DNA of 35,281 nucleotides from Catajapyx aquilonaris (lineage: Eukaryota), in assembly GCA_000934665.2 (NCBI GenBank), contig KZ538069.1, forward strand, positions 124,001 to 159,281. The letters are read 5' to 3'. Positions 11,326 to 22,945 of the stretch are shown here, one piece after another. The translations under genes were made by a program, and so were the position numbers. The notes under the pieces are model-generated. The model was not told where the DNA came from and did no database searches. It worked only from the letters and a program-made list of their open reading frames with translations. The stretch's first letter is position 1. The number at the start of each line of letters is the position of its first letter.

Positions 11326-11610
11326 CCCTGGAACCGTGCCGTGGGGTCTTTTCGGACCCCAAAGGAATTAAAATGCATTAAAATTACAATTACAATGGAC
11401 TGTTTGCCATTAAAAAAAAGTATATAACAGGAAGTGCATGTTTATTTTGAATTAGCAATCATTTTAGGCATTGTTCCAAGAATGATTGCATACAGTCAAT
11501 ACATTGAAAAGTATTATATAAAAATTAATAAAAATGAAAATAAGGCGTGGGGTCCTAAAAGACACCACGGCACGGTTCCCGTGACTTTCAGGCACAGCAC
11601 GGTTCCAGGG
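11326..11610 (+). mobile_element. piggyBac-like MITE, copy 1
   Basis: TTAA|CCCTGGAACCGTG ... CACGGTTCCAGGG|TTAA; internal GGGGTC-GACCCC palindromes; 285 bp; three copies in the window. Confidence 0.9.
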
Positions 11611-12699
11611 TTAATACCATGCAGATCTAGTTGCAAGTCTGGTTTCACTAGATGACCAAGACAGTCAATCTTGTGCTTTGATTTTGTTCCTTCTCAATTC
11701 CTGAGATATTTTCCTTGCGTGGTATATTACAATGTGGAAAATTCGGAAGATACCTGCTTCATTTGTATAGGTTTTCCCAGGGTGCTTTCAGTCCCTCTTC
11801 AATTAAAAACCATCACCGTATGGGGCCAAGAAAATTTACAATTGAAGCATGTAAAAACTGCTCACGTCACGTAACCATTTGCGATATGTGGCCATGGTAG
11901 GGAGGGATGTCTCCTGTTGGCTTTAAGTGGTCCTCAGTTGTGGCAAATGGGAACACATTATAGATAGTTTACATTAAATGAGCTAAGGTAAAGTGAATCA
12001 CAAAGACACCTGCATGCCTCATGACATATCCCATAAAAATTACCCATAAATCTATGAAACCCCCACCCATTTGTGCAAGATGAAAAAAAAAAAAATGAAA
12101 TTAGGCTGTTATTTAGATGCTTGGGTGATAAGTTTCGAAATGTGATATTATTTCATTTACTGTGCTGGAAATTAAGAATAATTGACTTGATTGGCACTAA
12201 CTTCATGTAAAGAATTATATTCCCTGGGAGGTGACCAGAGCATGTGGAAGAGCTGTGGACAGTAGGGCAATCACACAAACAATCCTGAAGATTCTTCATT
12301 GAGTAATCCCTATAGGGACAATGACTTCTATTAGGTTCCCTGGAACATGCATCTCAAGTGACAGGCCCTTTGGCATAGACATCTCAATCTGTTTCTCTGC
12401 CTTGGCAGCCGGGCACAGAAGCAACACTGACTACATTCCACACTGCAGCAAATTGTCAACTTGCTCCTTCCACTGACCTGTTACATCAGTCCAACACTGC
12501 AAACATGGAAAGTCCCACACACTGTCTGCTACAGTATTCTACATTCACCCTAATTTGACCACCTGGCATGCAATTTGCAAGGCGTTTATACAGTCAAACC
12601 CGCATCATTACCACCTCCCGTTTTCTATGCAAAAAAAAACTGACAAAAAATCTCGGAAACCGGCACCAACACCAGTCATAGCCCAACCCACCCACACTC

Positions 12700-13700
12700 T
12701 CACTCATGCCTTCTCCTCCGGAACACGGCTTCCACATACATACACACCGGCTAAAAAAAAACCTTTTGATCCACCCCCGTCCTTACCTAGTCAGTCAGTC
12801 GCACCCAGTGATCTACTAACTCATAATAAAAAACGAAGGATCCGGTGTCCGCCCAGCTGTAGGGGCAGGGTAGGAGGGAGGGAGACACCGTCGTCCTCCC
12901 TCTCCCTCTCTCTCTCTCCCTATTCTACAATACCCCCTCTTGACGTTCGAATCGATATTGGTCCCCCACCCCCTCTCCCGTCACCCTACCCCGATCCCTC
13001 CCGTTCCCCCTCCCATCCCCTCCCAAGAAACCCGGTCTCTCACCTAAATTGGCCCCACAATAATCCGAGTCCGGTGCCGGGAAATGCGCGCGGACAGGCA
13101 CATCCAGACGTGTGTACCTGCACGGGTCACACAGTAAATAATAATATTCCAGGTCGCGTTCTTTGGCCAGCGAGGGAAAGAGGCAGGACAGGGCTGTGGC
13201 GGGGGGTGAATTCACTTCACAATAGACGACAGTGGCGCCATCTTGGAACTTTGGGCCTCTGCCATGGGCAGGGTTACCGCACGCAGCGGACGTTACCCTC
13301 TCTACCGCGACCCCTACTACACCCGGCCGCCGACACCTCCAGTCCTCCACCACCCTCCACCTCCCCTGCCGATACTCACCGCACAGCTGCTGGCTGCTGC
13401 CGGTGCGATGCCTGCTGCAGCTGCTATTTTGCACCTACACTACGCTTTACTTCTCTAGTCCATGCTTCCCGTTGCTGTTGCACTTGCCTACGCAGTCCTA
13501 GGCGAAGTTCGCGGTATTCGTGTGGTATGGAAATTCTCCGACGGGGTTCAAGTTGACCGCTATTGTTTGTTTCTAAATTCGCCTACTGCAATGCAAGATG
13601 TTCGCGAAACAAATCGCGTGCAATACTTGATTGTAGTTCGCTTAGGAGAAACTAGTAGTGGTGGTCAACTGGGTATTGCCTAGTAGATGCACACAAGATT
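12700..13700 (-). promoter_or_regulatory. CpG/GC-rich island: putative promoter and non-coding first exon of an unidentified minus-strand gene
   Basis: Visibly CpG-rich against CpG-poor flanks. Consensus donor GCG|GTGAGT at 13380/13379, YY1/Pho-type motif CCAAGATGGCGCC at 13246-13234, and a second strong donor TAG|GTAAGG at 12787/12786. Confidence 0.6.
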
Positions 13701-13847
13701 GGTTGAAATATACTTTATGACAATTCCAGATGATGCTTAATAACAAATGAAATGCACCACAAAAGAGTGACAAATTGACAGCGGGCAAGCCACTTCTCAT
13801 GCCAATCTGACTGATGCAATGTTGGTGGCCAATTGATTATTATTGTA

Positions 13848-14839
13848 CAGGGTGTCCCACAAATTACGCTACCCAGAATTACTTCCATAACATCAACACA
13901 AATGAAGATATTGCAACGAAATTTGAACTGAACTAACCTTGTCATGTGTGATTTGAAATGGCATTACAACATGTGTTGGAAATGCCCACCATTAGCGGCC
14001 AGGCAGGTCTCAACACGGTGCGACGTATTTTGGAATGTTCTGGCCAGCATATCCTGCGGTACTGCCTGAATTTCCTGGACGATGTTGTCCTTCAAGGCCT
14101 GGATGGACCGTGGATTGTTGCGGTATACTCTTCCTTTCAGAAAGCCCCATAAGAAGTAATCAAGTGGCGTAAGATCGGGCGACCGCGGTGGTCACAGTCC
14201 CTTTGAAATGACTCGGTCGCCGAAGAAGGACTTTATTTCGGCCATGCTGACATGTGATAATAATAAAAATAATTCATACCCCGTTATCAGCCTTTTTCGG
14301 CTCTTTAGGGGGAAAGTTTTCTTTTGCCTGGAACTCTTTGCTTTCATTTTACTGCACTTTTTGGGATGGGATAGGGACGGAAGGAAGCGGCTGTGGCCTG
14401 TAAATTACGGAAACAACTCCGGAATTTTTCTGGAAGGACCGTGGGAAACCACAGAAAACCACGGTCAGAGTTGCCGGCCCCGGGATTCGAACCCAGGACC
14501 TCCCGATTAGCAGTCGGACGCCTTATCCACTATGCCAACCTGCTTCGGTGCTGACATGTGATGTGTGGCATGTCACCCCATCCTGTTGAAAATATCCAGT
14601 CGAAAGTTCCACATCGCTTGGATAAAGAAGCAAGGACATCCGCCGCGCGCCACTGCTCAGGTGTCGTCTGGCCGATTCGTCGCTTCAGCGTCAGTATTAC
14701 AGCACCCACATTTGCCAGACCCATTCCAATTCCTTTCTCACGTGTTGAGGTTGCTTGAGTTCAAATTCCGTTGCAATATCTTCATTTGTGTTACAGTTAT
14801 TAATGTAATTCTGGGTACCGTAATTTGTGGGACACCCTG
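13848..14839 (-). mobile_element. Internally deleted mariner-like (DDxD) transposon with a SINE insertion
   Basis: TA|CAGGGTGTCCCACAAATTACG TIRs of about 90 bp. Minus-strand remnant after SINE removal: GYFQQDGVTCHTSHVSMAEIKSFFGDRVISKGL*PPRSPDLTPLDYFLWGFLKGRVY...NGGHFQHML*. Confidence 0.92.
14259..14548 (-). mobile_element. tRNA(Ser-GCU-like)-derived SINE, family B copy 1
   Basis: A/B boxes, anticodon-arm-like GACTGCTAATC, 14-bp TSD tgctgacatgtgat (14245-14258 / 14549-14562). Confidence 0.92.
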
Positions 14840-15058
14840 TAGCTAAAGATTGATTCTGAAAATAATTCAAGAAGCATATTACTCTTGTATTGCTATAAAG
14901 TGACAACAAAAAGTGCATAACTTCAACATGTCCACATCCTCAGAAGAATATGGCTACATGCATTCAATACTTAACACCTGCTGCTACAACCCACTAGACT
15001 CCAGTACCCACCATCCAAAATGCATGTATGTGCAGACACACCTGTCGATTTTCATTAA

Positions 15059-15343
15059 CCCTGGAACCGTGACATGCCTGAAAGTTACGTTAACTGTGCC
15101 ATGGGGTCTTTTAGGACCCCATGCCATATTTAAATTTTTATTAATTTTTATATAATACTTTTCAATGTATTGACTATATGCAATCATTCTTTGAACAATG
15201 CCTAAAATGATTGCTAATTCAAAATAAACATGCACTTCTTGTTATATACTTTTTTTAAATGGCAAACAGTTCATTGTAATTGTAATTTTAATGCATTTTA
15301 ATTCCTTTGGGGTCCTAAAAGACCCCACGTCACGGTTCCAGGG
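15059..15343 (-). mobile_element. piggyBac-like MITE, copy 2 (inverted)
   Basis: TTAA|CCCTGGAACCGTG ... GGG|TTAA; reverse complement of 11326-11610. Confidence 0.9.
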
Positions 15344-16283
15344 TTAACTAACACCTCGGGGGAAGAACGATCAAGGTCCACTTTTCGTAGAATATGATGG
15401 TTTGGTCGAGGTTGTGGAGTAATGATCATAGGTCACTACTGAAGGCCCTGAAAGTGGGATTTGCAATAGAACACCTTCGAAATTTGAAATTGAAATATCT
15501 CAGTTTCACCTGAGGTGGACCTTGACTGTTCCCCTGAGGTCTTCGTATAGAAAACACATTAGTCTGGAGTACCAGGAATATTTTGAAATATTACCAGGCA
15601 GATGTACATTTTCTATAGAAGTTTTAAATGTTAAACCGTCGTCATGCTTTGTTGTACAACACACAGAAAATTATAACTTTAATAATATGCTTTCTAGTTA
15701 CTGCAGGATTGCATTGCTTAAACTGATTTAAAGCAAAGACTGTATAAGCCTGTGCATTGCTTTCACATAACCATGCAGCTGGTATATGTGAGTATCAGTT
15801 GGAATGTGCATGTGCTATACTTTATTTTACCATGCATGCATATGCATGGATTGACTCCACTGTGCAGCTGAAGCACATGTGGTGCCTGGGAAGATAAATG
15901 GAAAATTACCAAGAGCAGAACTGCTCTTTGGCAACCTTACAAATGATGAGCATCCTCTTTTTATGTTATTTTAAATGGATTAATCAGAATATATGCATAA
16001 TCAGCATGCAAAGTGTGTTTCCTTCTGTTCCAAAAGAGACAGGTCCTAAATTCATATAGAACTGATGGAAGCGATGGGACTTGTACACATTTACCTTTAA
16101 GGACTGAAAAAGAGCTGAGGGTTTTATGTCAGATCACAGTATTGTGAGCCAGGCCTCATAAAGGAGACCTGGGTAGGCTTTGTTAAATAGCACATTGGCA
16201 GAGAAACTAATGCAAATGATGGCCATGTGGATTGATGGAAGAATTACATTGAGAAGCCTGGGGCAACTATAATAGTCCCCTGA

Positions 16284-16465
16284 TGTGGCATGGTGCTGTA
16301 GTGGTTGATGCCAGTACCTTTATGTCTGATCCCTGGACTGGATGGAGGTCACTTTCTCATGTGGAAAGAGTTTCAATGGGTTCTATAAATTCCTCCCACT
16401 ACCAAAATGTGTCACAGAGCAGTCAGTGTTAGTCAGGTCAATAAAAGATCCCCTAAAAGGTCCCA
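16284..16465 (+). mobile_element. Degraded, internally deleted copy of the V-domain SINE (family C)
   Basis: atgtggaaagagtttcaatgggttct...ttcctcccac...aaaagatcccctaa matches 32970-33229. Confidence 0.65.
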
Positions 16466-16714
16466 GTACAGTGTGTTTCAGAATTTAGAGTCACATCCAT
16501 ATTGGTGGGAATTTCACAGATGATTGCCCCTGTGAACTTACCTTCAAGTTTGGCAAATCATACGTACTATGGGACAGCCCATTTCTCTCCACTAGTGCGT
16601 GAAACCTGCTTCCACAGGATTTTTACCAACGTGGATGTGAGCTAAATTCTGAAACATGTGGTATATTGGCACACATTCAGTATCTGTGGACAGAGCTATA
16701 AAGTAGTATGTGTA

Positions 16715-17871
16715 CAACTCTGTTGCAAAGGGTGTGGGCTCCCTGCAAATTCCATTGAGGGGTGATAAAAAATCGAGCATGAAAGAAGTGCGAGTGAAGC
16801 TGGAGCGGCGCATTTTACGGAAATAGTACACGGAACAAGAGAGAGAAGCTTGGGTGGAATATATTTTTATTTAAAACTTTTATCCTTGGAGAAATTTACA
16901 CAATAACTTTCACATATTGTTTCACAGGGATATGGCTCCGCACGGTGTGTGTCAAAAGAGTTCGTCTGGGTCCATTTAAAACCGCATTGTGTCACCCTTC
17001 GCAGAAATAACTGCTTCAATGTGGGCAGGCCTGGATGCCAGCTGCAGCTCTGCGCACACTTCAGGGGTAATACTGTCCCAAACGTCTGTGATACATCTTA
17101 ATGCCTGCATGTTGCATGGCTGGAGGTGACCCAATCTCTTCTTCATAATCCGCCAATCTGCCATACACTTTCAATCGGGTTTAAATCAGGGCTGTTGGGA
17201 TACCAGTGTAACAGCACAGGAATTTCATGCTGCTCTAGCCACCGTTTCATGGTTTTTGCTGTGTGCCAGGATGCCCCATCTTGCTGAAAGATGCACTCTC
17301 CTTTTGGATGCAGTGTAGGGATTGAAGGAAGAAGCCTCTCCTCCGAAATGGCTTGGTACGCCAAAGCATTGATGGTCCCCGACATGAAGTGGAGTTTTCC
17401 TGGGCCTCGGTTCCCAATACACCCCCCCAAACCATTAAGCTGGCAGGGAACTTGACAGCTCTGGCCAAGCAGTCAGGATGAAATTCTTCACCACGCTTGC
17501 GAACAACTCGCATTCGGGTTTCACCTATATGGACAGCTCCAGCCACTGGACTGGCTAATCCAATATGACTTGTGAATTTTGTTGCATTTCACAAACAGGA
17601 CGGTACATTGAGACCCGGACCAGCTCTTTTGACATGCACCGTATGGATCCTTATACTTTGGAAGCAAGCCGCCAAAAAGTTAATGTATAATTATTATCTC
17701 CGTGGATAAAAATCCAAATTGAAATATATTCCACGCATGATTATATTCTTCCATATATACTATTTTCGTAAAATGTGCCACTCCAGCTTCACTCGTACTT
17801 CTTTTATGCTCGATTTTTTATCACCCCTCAATGGAAATTGCAGGGAGGCCAAAACTTTTGCAACCGAGTTG
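16715..17871 (-). mobile_element. Defective Tc1-like transposon with long TIRs and transposase pseudogene
   Basis: TA|CAACTC...GAGTTG|TA with TIRs of about 190 bp. Frameshifted fragments: HPDCLARAVKFPASLMVWG, FQQDGASWHTAK...NSPDLNPIESVW, AVISAKGDTMRF*. The N-terminal half is missing. Confidence 0.93.
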
Positions 17872-17990
17872 TATATGCATAAAGGGAGGTTAGATTAGGA
17901 TAGGGATGTAGGTATACAGCATCATTAAAACTAGTTCATCCCTTTTACCATCCACAGCAGGTCCACAGATACTAAATATTACTGGCAGTC

Positions 17991-18319
17991 GGGGAGGTGT
18001 AGATGGCCGAGATGGTAACGTCTCGGCTTGCTGAGTGAAAGGTCCCAGGTTCGATCCCTGCCTAGCCGTTCCCTTTCACCTGTGTCAGGAGGGTCTCTGA
18101 CCCGTGCCTTGAAGGTGTCTGGCAACCTAACCTCCTGGGGAACAGCACACGACCCCTTTTCAGACATTCCACTTGCACCTGTTCCCTCCCCAAAAACCCT
18201 ATCCTTACCCTACGTCCTTGACTCCTTGCACTGGAAATTGCAGATAAGAATCAGAAAAATAGAGTGGTGGTATTCCACCCCCCTAAAAGGGCCCGCGGCC
18301 TACAGGGAAAACAGCAAAA

Positions 18320-18351
<32 letters not shown>

Positions 18352-18366
18352 TCAAAAAATCACATC
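17991..18366 (+). mobile_element. tRNA-derived SINE, family A copy 2 with (ACA)n tail
   Basis: A box TGGCCGAGATGG, B box GGTTCGATCCC, similarity to 7452-7782, (ACA)n at about 18322-18351. Confidence 0.82.
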
Positions 18367-18514
18367 AAATCACTGACAGTAATGCTGATTTAACTGCATA
18401 TTAATTGAGTCGCTGAGAAGCAGAGTGGTTCATGTCAAAAGAGTTAGTTTTGAGATATATGCATTCAAAGTTCTAGGCTTGCCTTGCAGCCCATGTAAAA
18501 GTAAGTCACATTAA

Positions 18515-19099
18515 CCTTGGAACCTTGCCTTGGGGTCTTTTCGGACCCCCAAGGGAAAAAATGCATTAAAATGATAATTACAATGAACTTTTGCCATTTT
18601 TTTACAGTATATAACAGGAAATGCAGGTTTATTTTGAATTGGCGATCCTTTTAGGCATTGTTCAAAGAATGATTGTATATAGTCAATACATTGAAAATTA
18701 TTATATAATAATTAATAAAAATACCGAGGCAGTTTGGAGTAGGGGATACGGTGTCCGACTGCTAATCGGGAGGTCCTGGGATCAAATCCCGGGGCCGGAA
18801 ACTCTGATCGTGGTTTTCTGTGGTTTCCCACGGTCCTTCCAGGAAAATTCCGGAGTTGTTTCTGTAATTAACAGGCCACAGCCGCTTCCTTCCGTCCCTA
18901 TCCCATCCCAAAAAGTGCAGTAAAATGAAAGCAAAGAGTTCCAGGCAAAAGAAAAACTTCCCCCCTAAAGAGCCGAAAAAAGCTGATAACGGGGTATGGA
19001 TTATTATTTACAATTAATAAAAATTAAAATATGGTGGGGTCCGAAAAGACCCCACGGCACGGTTGCCGTAATACTCATAGGCACGGCACGGTTCCAGGG
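18515..19099 (+). mobile_element. piggyBac-like MITE, copy 3, interrupted by a SINE
   Basis: TTAA flanks at 18511-18514 and 19100-19103; same body as 11326-11610. Confidence 0.88.
18723..19011 (+). mobile_element. SINE family B copy 2
   Basis: Highly similar to the reverse complement of 14259-14548; 13-bp TSD aattaataaaaat (18710-18722 / 19012-19024). Confidence 0.92.
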
Positions 19100-20304
19100 T
19101 TAACTTAATAATTTGATCAGCAAATATTACAAATGTCTTCAGGCCAAGTTACAAAACAGAGTTGGGCATGGGGAATGCCATGCAAGCAACAATTCAAAAT
19201 GGCCGAATTTTGACATGAACCACTTTGCTTCTCAGCCACTCAATTGTTCGCATCCATGTATGGTCTACTGCTCCACTCATAGAAATTAGGAACCCAGCAA
19301 GGGTTCTGGTATAAAAATTGAGATATAGAGACACCAGGTATTATACTCTGCTTCTTCATTAAGTTTATCTGATTTGATAATTTGCATAATTTGAAATTGC
19401 CTTTATTCTTACTGCCAGACTGCATGCCACTTCTCTTTAAGGCAGCTCTGAATTTTATGTTTATGGTGCCATAAAATGATTTGTGAAGCATGTCATAAAA
19501 TATGAAATATATCAAGCATGCATTATGTAACCCCACTCTGGCCACTCAAATAAGACCCATTGGACTTGACTGTGTTTCAATGTTGACCTCACATCTGTAT
19601 AGGTAAAAATTTGTCACTCTTTTCAACTTGCTTCTGTCACCTCATTTTGAAGAGTGACAGTGACTTACAATGATATGATTACATGCCAAACTTGAAGGTG
19701 TTGCCAGAGTCAATTAAATCCATCAATACACACAGACATGAGCTGCATTCTGAAACACAGAATCATTATCTTCCTGGTCAATGCACATGGCTGCCCATTC
19801 CTACACACATTTTGCATTCTTGCAGTACATGTGGGTTTAACTAACTCAAAAGGGGATGCTAATCACTGTGCTACCCAGTCATTCAGGTTAGGAACAGATT
19901 ATTTGCTAATAATTTTTGACTAATTTTGCATGTCAGTGATGAAGAATATGAAAGATAGGATTTCAGAGTCTAAATACCCTAGTTTGTGTGAACAATATTT
20001 TAATTTGCACATGCTATGCATTCCATGAAACCCCATGTGTTTTTACAAATGAGTTTAATCCACGGTTTAATCTGTTCCTACAAGGATGGCAGCATTGCTT
20101 GAAATCCTCCCTTATACTCAACAGCAGATCGGATGGCCCAAGTAAAAACCCTGTATCTCGGCTTTTTGTCATTTCCAGAGATTTGAGTTTAAAGTTTTTT
20201 GTTTCCATTATCGTACATGGAAGTGCATGATTTCAATGTGGCCAAAACTTTTCAAGGGTTGCTCCTACAGTGACAGACTTTGTATCATGTATATCTGACA
20301 TTTT

Positions 20305-20582
20305 ACCGAAGCAGTAGTGGTGTAGTGGTATGATGTCCTACTGCTAATCGGGAGGTCCTGGGTTCGAATCCCGGAGACCCTGATCATGGTTTTCTGTGGT
20401 TTCCCATGGTCATCGCAGGATAATTCCGGGGTCGTTACCGTAATTATAGGACACAGCCGCTTCCTTCCTTACCTAAATTCCGATGAAAAAGTATAGTCAA
20501 GATGGAAAGAGTTCCAGACAAAAAAAAAAAAGGGGGAGAAATCCCCCCCTAATGAAGCCTAAAGGGCTGATAATGGGGTATC

Positions 20583-20618
<36 letters not shown>
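20305..20618 (+). mobile_element. SINE family B copy 3 with (TTA)n tail
   Basis: B box GGTTCGAATCC, 15-bp TSD tatatctgacatttt (20290-20304 / 20619-20633), (TTA)n at about 20583-20620. Confidence 0.9.
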
Positions 20619-20623
<5 letters not shown>

Positions 20624-20806
20624 CTGACATTTTGTAAGGTGTGGTTTGCAAAGAGGAGTTCAACGGTGCATTTATCTCCAGTTACGTGATTTTCGAAGAT
20701 ACAGGGTTTTCACTTGGGCCGTCAGGGATCTCTCTTTAAAGACATCACATACTCTGAAATGCAAGTTAGAAAGACGAGTATATTATGTCAAAGCATCAGC
20801 TCACAT

Positions 20807-20812
20807 TTTATT
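20807..20812 (-). promoter_or_regulatory. Candidate RBM25 polyadenylation signal (AATAAA)
   Basis: First minus-strand AATAAA I found after the stop codon (about 630 nt downstream); another lies at 19402-19407. Confidence 0.35.
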
Positions 20813-21089
20813 TCCCACATGCATGTAGGGGAGGATAAACTCAGAAAAAAAATATTTTAAAAAAGCACATCATGTCTCCTGCCCCTACTTACAATATTTT
20901 ACAAGGTATAGAATGTTTTCCTTTCACAGGAACCCTCTTACCCACCGCCTTATCTGAGTCCCCTTGTGACAACTGTCAGGCACTATAGGTGCAGTATTAT
21001 TGTTGTGGTATTTGTGGACACACTCCCATAAGTACATGATAGTGTTTAAAATAATACTATGCTGACAGTACCTCTGCTGTCCCCAGTTA

Positions 21090-21224
21090 AAACACCCTAA
21101 CTTGAAAACTAGTAAGGGTGAAGGTCGCATGCATGCCCTGCGCTAATCCCCTCTGAGGCAGGGGGAATTAGTGCAGGGCGTGCATGAGACTTTCACCCTT
21201 ACTTGTTTTCACTTTATGGTGTTT
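21090..21224. repeat. About 135-nt hairpin in the RBM25 3' region
   Basis: aaacacc..tgaaaactagtaagggtgaaggtcgcatgcatgccctgcgctaat pairs with attagtgcagggcgtgcatgagactttcacccttacttgttttca..ggtgttt. Confidence 0.85.
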
Positions 21225-21438
21225 TACCTTGGGACGGCAGACCTGCTCTCAAATGCTCGGCATATGACAGGCTTCCGAAGCCTGTTATCAGGATAGGTGC
21301 TCCATACTGAGGTGAGATTTAAGTAAGGTGGTGGGTGGGATGTTCCGTTAAACAGAAAACAGACATTACTTCTGAATACATGATTTGAACAAAAAGAAAA
21401 AGAAAATCTTGGGCAAACTGAGAGGGCTGGGTGGTATT

Positions 21439-21531
21439 TCATTTCATCAACCCAAGCTTTTTGGCTTCAATTTCATAAATCAGCAGCCTCCACATCTTAA
21501 CCACAAACACTTCAGCCTCCTCATCCAGCAC
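21439..21531 (-). CDS. RBM25: RBM25 terminal coding exon VLDEEAEVFVVKMWRLLIYEIEAKKLGLMK*
   Basis: Acceptor ttcttacag|GTG; 31 codons to TGA at 21441-21439; this is the highly conserved RBM25 C-terminus. Confidence 0.97.
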   Translation of the reverse strand: MLDEEAEVFVVKMWRLLIYEIEAKKLGLMK

Positions 21532-22482
21532 CTGTAAGAAAAACAAACAGTGTTACTTGTGCCCATAATGTTCCACAAGAAATTAGTCTCGTAGTTGCAT
21601 TTTCAGCACTTTTCATTCATATACGAGTATTTCTCCTTCCAGGGCCTGAGTACAGTGTATGACAGGTTAGTAACAAAAATATGTGACATTTCATACAAAA
21701 AAAATTGCAAACACCTATTTCTGACAGCTTAAGTTTACTTCTTGCTAGAATTTCAATAGTTATCCTGCAAGCAGACATTTCTAGATGTCTCCAACCTGTC
21801 GCCTACATGGTCAAGTAGCCAATTATGGGAAACTTTGCATACATGCAGAAGTAATGAAGATATTAACAGCAGCATGTTTCAGACTGCTGCTTGACAACAC
21901 ATTTTCTGCTGCCAACAGGGAGAAGGAATCTCACTGGACGTAGTATCAGCTACATCTGGGCATTTTACTGCCTGTGGCAGGGATGGCTAGAATGGTTACA
22001 TCACACTTTGGCCAAATCATTTTCATTGAGAATTCACCCCAAGACAGTTTGTAATGCTCGTCCAAACACGTCACCCACAGAAGAAGTCTGCTGGAGTTCT
22101 TGTCCAAAGCTATACCATGACGAAATAAATTTATGCCTCAAGACCAAAGGAACAGCTGCAGCACTTAGGGTATATTATAAATTGAGGATTTAACCTTGTT
22201 ACTGGTCAGCAGCATACTTGTTGGCCCAGAATAAGTAAAAAGTGTAGGTTGGAAAAATATCACTTAACCAATTGGTATCAAGGTAGATGACCAGACACAC
22301 ATGGCAACACCGTTTTGCAGGTGGAAATTGCCTGACAGATGGACCCGTTCATCTAGGGAACAGGATATGTGCTGCCAGCTGGACAACATACTAGTAAGAA
22401 ACACCTTGTATTTATTGTCAACGACAATCAATAGGAAGGGATAATGGAGGATTCATCCTTATTGATCGATCTACCCTCACTC

Positions 22483-22530
22483 CTGCAACATAATTCTACT
22501 GCAACATAATTCTACTGCAACATAATTCTA
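22483..22530. repeat. Tandem repeat, 16 bp x3 (ctgcaacataattcta)
   Basis: Three exact copies. Confidence 0.95.
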
Positions 22531-22842
22531 CAAAAAAATTTAGGGACAAAGTATTTCTTTGGACAAAATGTATGTGGGTGAAATTTCATTGGATAAGATG
22601 TCTGAATGAAAATTGTTTGGGCAAAATTGTACAACACTTGGCAGGGGTTGATGAACAAACATGGCAGCTGTGTTGCAAATTGCATGGCAGTACTCTATTA
22701 CCAAATATATTACTTTACACTTTAATTATATTACCAAATATAACATCGGCCTGCTGTTCCTGCAGAATTTGACAGTTTTTTGGGTGACACAAGACTCACA
22801 TCATGTTTCACGTACACAAGTAGTGAATTATAGTAAATTTGT

Positions 22843-22945
22843 GCTGCATCACAATGGTGTAGTTAGCACCACAGCCTGCCACCTCAGGTCCTGAGTTTCA
22901 ATAGGTTTTCTCGTAGTTCTCCTATTTCCTCCCACAATCAAAAGT
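22843..22945 (+). mobile_element. Degraded V-domain SINE fragment
   Basis: gttagcaccacagcctgccacctcaggtcctgagtt...ggttttctcgtagttctcctatttcctcccacaatcaaaa resembles 32970-33140. Confidence 0.6.

Noticed and set aside
12555..13556. 333-aa plus-strand ORF and the overlapping 169-aa minus-strand ORF
   Set aside because: Non-ATG starts, Pro/Ser/Arg-rich composition and no domain; expected by chance in a GC-rich island that is better explained as promoter, 5'UTR and intron.
14480..14548. tRNA-Ser-like genes here and at 7452, 17991, 18723, 20305, 32970, 33780 and 34720
   Set aside because: These are SINE heads: there is no complete cloverleaf or acceptor stem, and they continue into repeated bodies with tails and TSDs.
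11434..18923. Repeated ORF MHVYFELAIILGIV... (11434, 14984-15235, 18621)
   Set aside because: It is a translation of the same piggyBac-like MITE, not a gene family.
20483..20689. ORF with poly-Leu (signal- or TM-like) and the poly-Thr ORF at 18028-18393
   Set aside because: These are translations of SINE (TTA)n and (ACA)n tails.
15700..21200. Frequent TGCATG/CATGCA as Rbfox sites
   Set aside because: They occur on both strands throughout and are readily explained by CpG decay.
22483..22530. Short direct repeats as a CRISPR-like array
   Set aside because: No spacers; a simple tandem repeat in eukaryotic DNA.
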